Shown: positions 63,541 to 64,000 of the stretch, one piece after another
How positions within the stretch are numbered: the stretch's first letter is position 1
How the letters are laid out: every line of letters begins with the position of its first letter
Assembly: GCA_039812375.1 (NCBI GenBank)
Contig: JBDIAO010000003.1
Location: 10,949 to 74,948, forward strand
Direction: 5' to 3'
DNA length: 64,000 nucleotides
Source of the DNA: Phycicoccus sp.
Lineage (GTDB): Bacteria > Actinomycetota > Actinomycetes > Actinomycetales > Dermatophilaceae
Notes under the pieces: model-generated
Seen by the model: only the letters and a program-made list of their open reading frames with translations
What the model was told of the DNA's origin: nothing
Databases searched by the model: none
Translations under genes and position numbers: made by a program

Positions 63541-64000
63541 ATGCTTCTGGACCCCGCCATCATCGCCGTCGTCTTTGCCGCGATCTTCATCGTCGAGCTG
63601 CCCGACAAGACCTTCATCGCCACGCTCGTCATGGCCACCCGATTCCGGCCCCTGCACGTGTGGATCGGGGTCGTGCTCGCCTTCCTCGTCCAGACCCTCG
63701 TCGCCGTGCTCGCTGGCGGGCTGCTCGGCAAGCTGCCGCGCACCCCAGTGGAGATCTTCGCGGGCCTGGTCTTCCTCGCCGGTGGGCTCATCCTGCTACG
63801 CGGCGCCGGCAAAGCCGACGCCGAGGAGAAGGAGACCGAGGAGGAGTTCGTCGCCAAGACCAACCGTCAGGTACGTGGCTGGCACGTGGTGACGATGTGC
63901 TTCGGCATCATCTTTCTCGCCGAATGGGGCGACCTCTCCCAACTGCTCACCGCATCGCTGGTGCTCAAGTACGGGCATCCGGTGTCGGTCTTCATCGGCG
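63541..64000 (+). CDS. GDT1/TMEM165 (UPF0016) family cation transporter (C-terminus beyond window end)
   Basis: ATG 63541. The two family motifs are VELPDKTF and AEWGDLSQ (E-x-G-D-[KR/L]-[TS] type). The ORF is open at the window edge. Confidence 0.8.
   Translation, partial: MLLDPAIIAVVFAAIFIVELPDKTFIATLVMATRFRPLHVWIGVVLAFLVQTLVAVLAGGLLGKLPRTPVEIFAGLVFLAGGLILLRGAGKADAEEKETEEEFVAKTNRQVRGWHVVTMCFGIIFLAEWGDLSQLLTASLVLKYGHPVSVFIG

Noticed and set aside
62171-63892. 573-aa plus-strand ORF
   Set aside because: It is antisense to pheA and out of frame with both the hemerythrin-like and GDT1-family genes. It is Arg/Ser/Pro-rich.
1-64000. Search for CRISPR arrays, tRNA/rRNA genes, transposases/integrases and recognisable phage-defence or toxin-antitoxin modules
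   Set aside because: All repeats found have only 2 to 4 copies of 10-19 nt with no spacers of CRISPR size. No intergenic region contains a tRNA-like T-arm (GGTTCGAATCC type) or rRNA-like sequence. No ORF shows DDE, tyrosine-recombinase or serine-recombinase motifs, or the nuclease/NTPase pairs typical of known defence systems. The DUF222/HNH gene alone is not evidence for a mobile island.

Overview
This is a high-GC, gene-dense chromosomal segment that looks actinobacterial. The gene content supporting that guess includes a DUF222/HNH 13E12-type gene, MMPL, WS/DGAT, a DinB-fold protein, an LMW-PTP ArsC, and many GTG starts with 4-nt start/stop overlaps. I support 53 protein-coding genes. I found no rRNA, tRNA, CRISPR array, transposase or integrase. 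All functional calls come from motifs read in the supplied translations, because no searches could be run. Gene order: ABC-2 exporter pair; short ANL ligase, thiolase, ECF-A and ECF-T operon facing bioY; DinB-like, serS, histidine kinase and LuxR regulator chain; DAG-kinase-like and small patatin genes; a 10-gene minus-strand catabolic operon (12.2-25.1 kb) with a divergent IclR and thioesterase; dienelactone hydrolase and lutABC; GNAT; class-III aminotransferase; a 1443-aa patatin/DUF3376/polytopic-membrane protein; CDF exporter; MMPL, hypothetical, WS/DGAT, acyl-ACP-reductase-like fusion and SDR; tandem USP; indolepyruvate:ferredoxin oxidoreductase, DUF1015 and SRPBCC-epimerase; TauE plus arsR-acr3-arsC; PBP; DUF222/HNH; pirin; HAD-PlsC fusion; hemerythrin-like; pheA; GDT1-family (partial). 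The best candidates for something undescribed are these. (1) The carnitine-dehydrogenase/BKACE 'thioesterase-interrupted beta-oxidation' operon, which is wired to a peptide/opine-type ABC importer and an alpha/beta-hydrolase-hotdog fusion. (2) An MMPL/WS-DGAT/AAR-like-fusion/SDR lipid module. (3) The giant patatin-membrane fusion. (4) A recurring pattern of perfect 14-19-nt tandem duplications that span stop codons. None of these is proven, and no recognisable phage-defence, toxin-antitoxin or secondary-metabolite core was seen.
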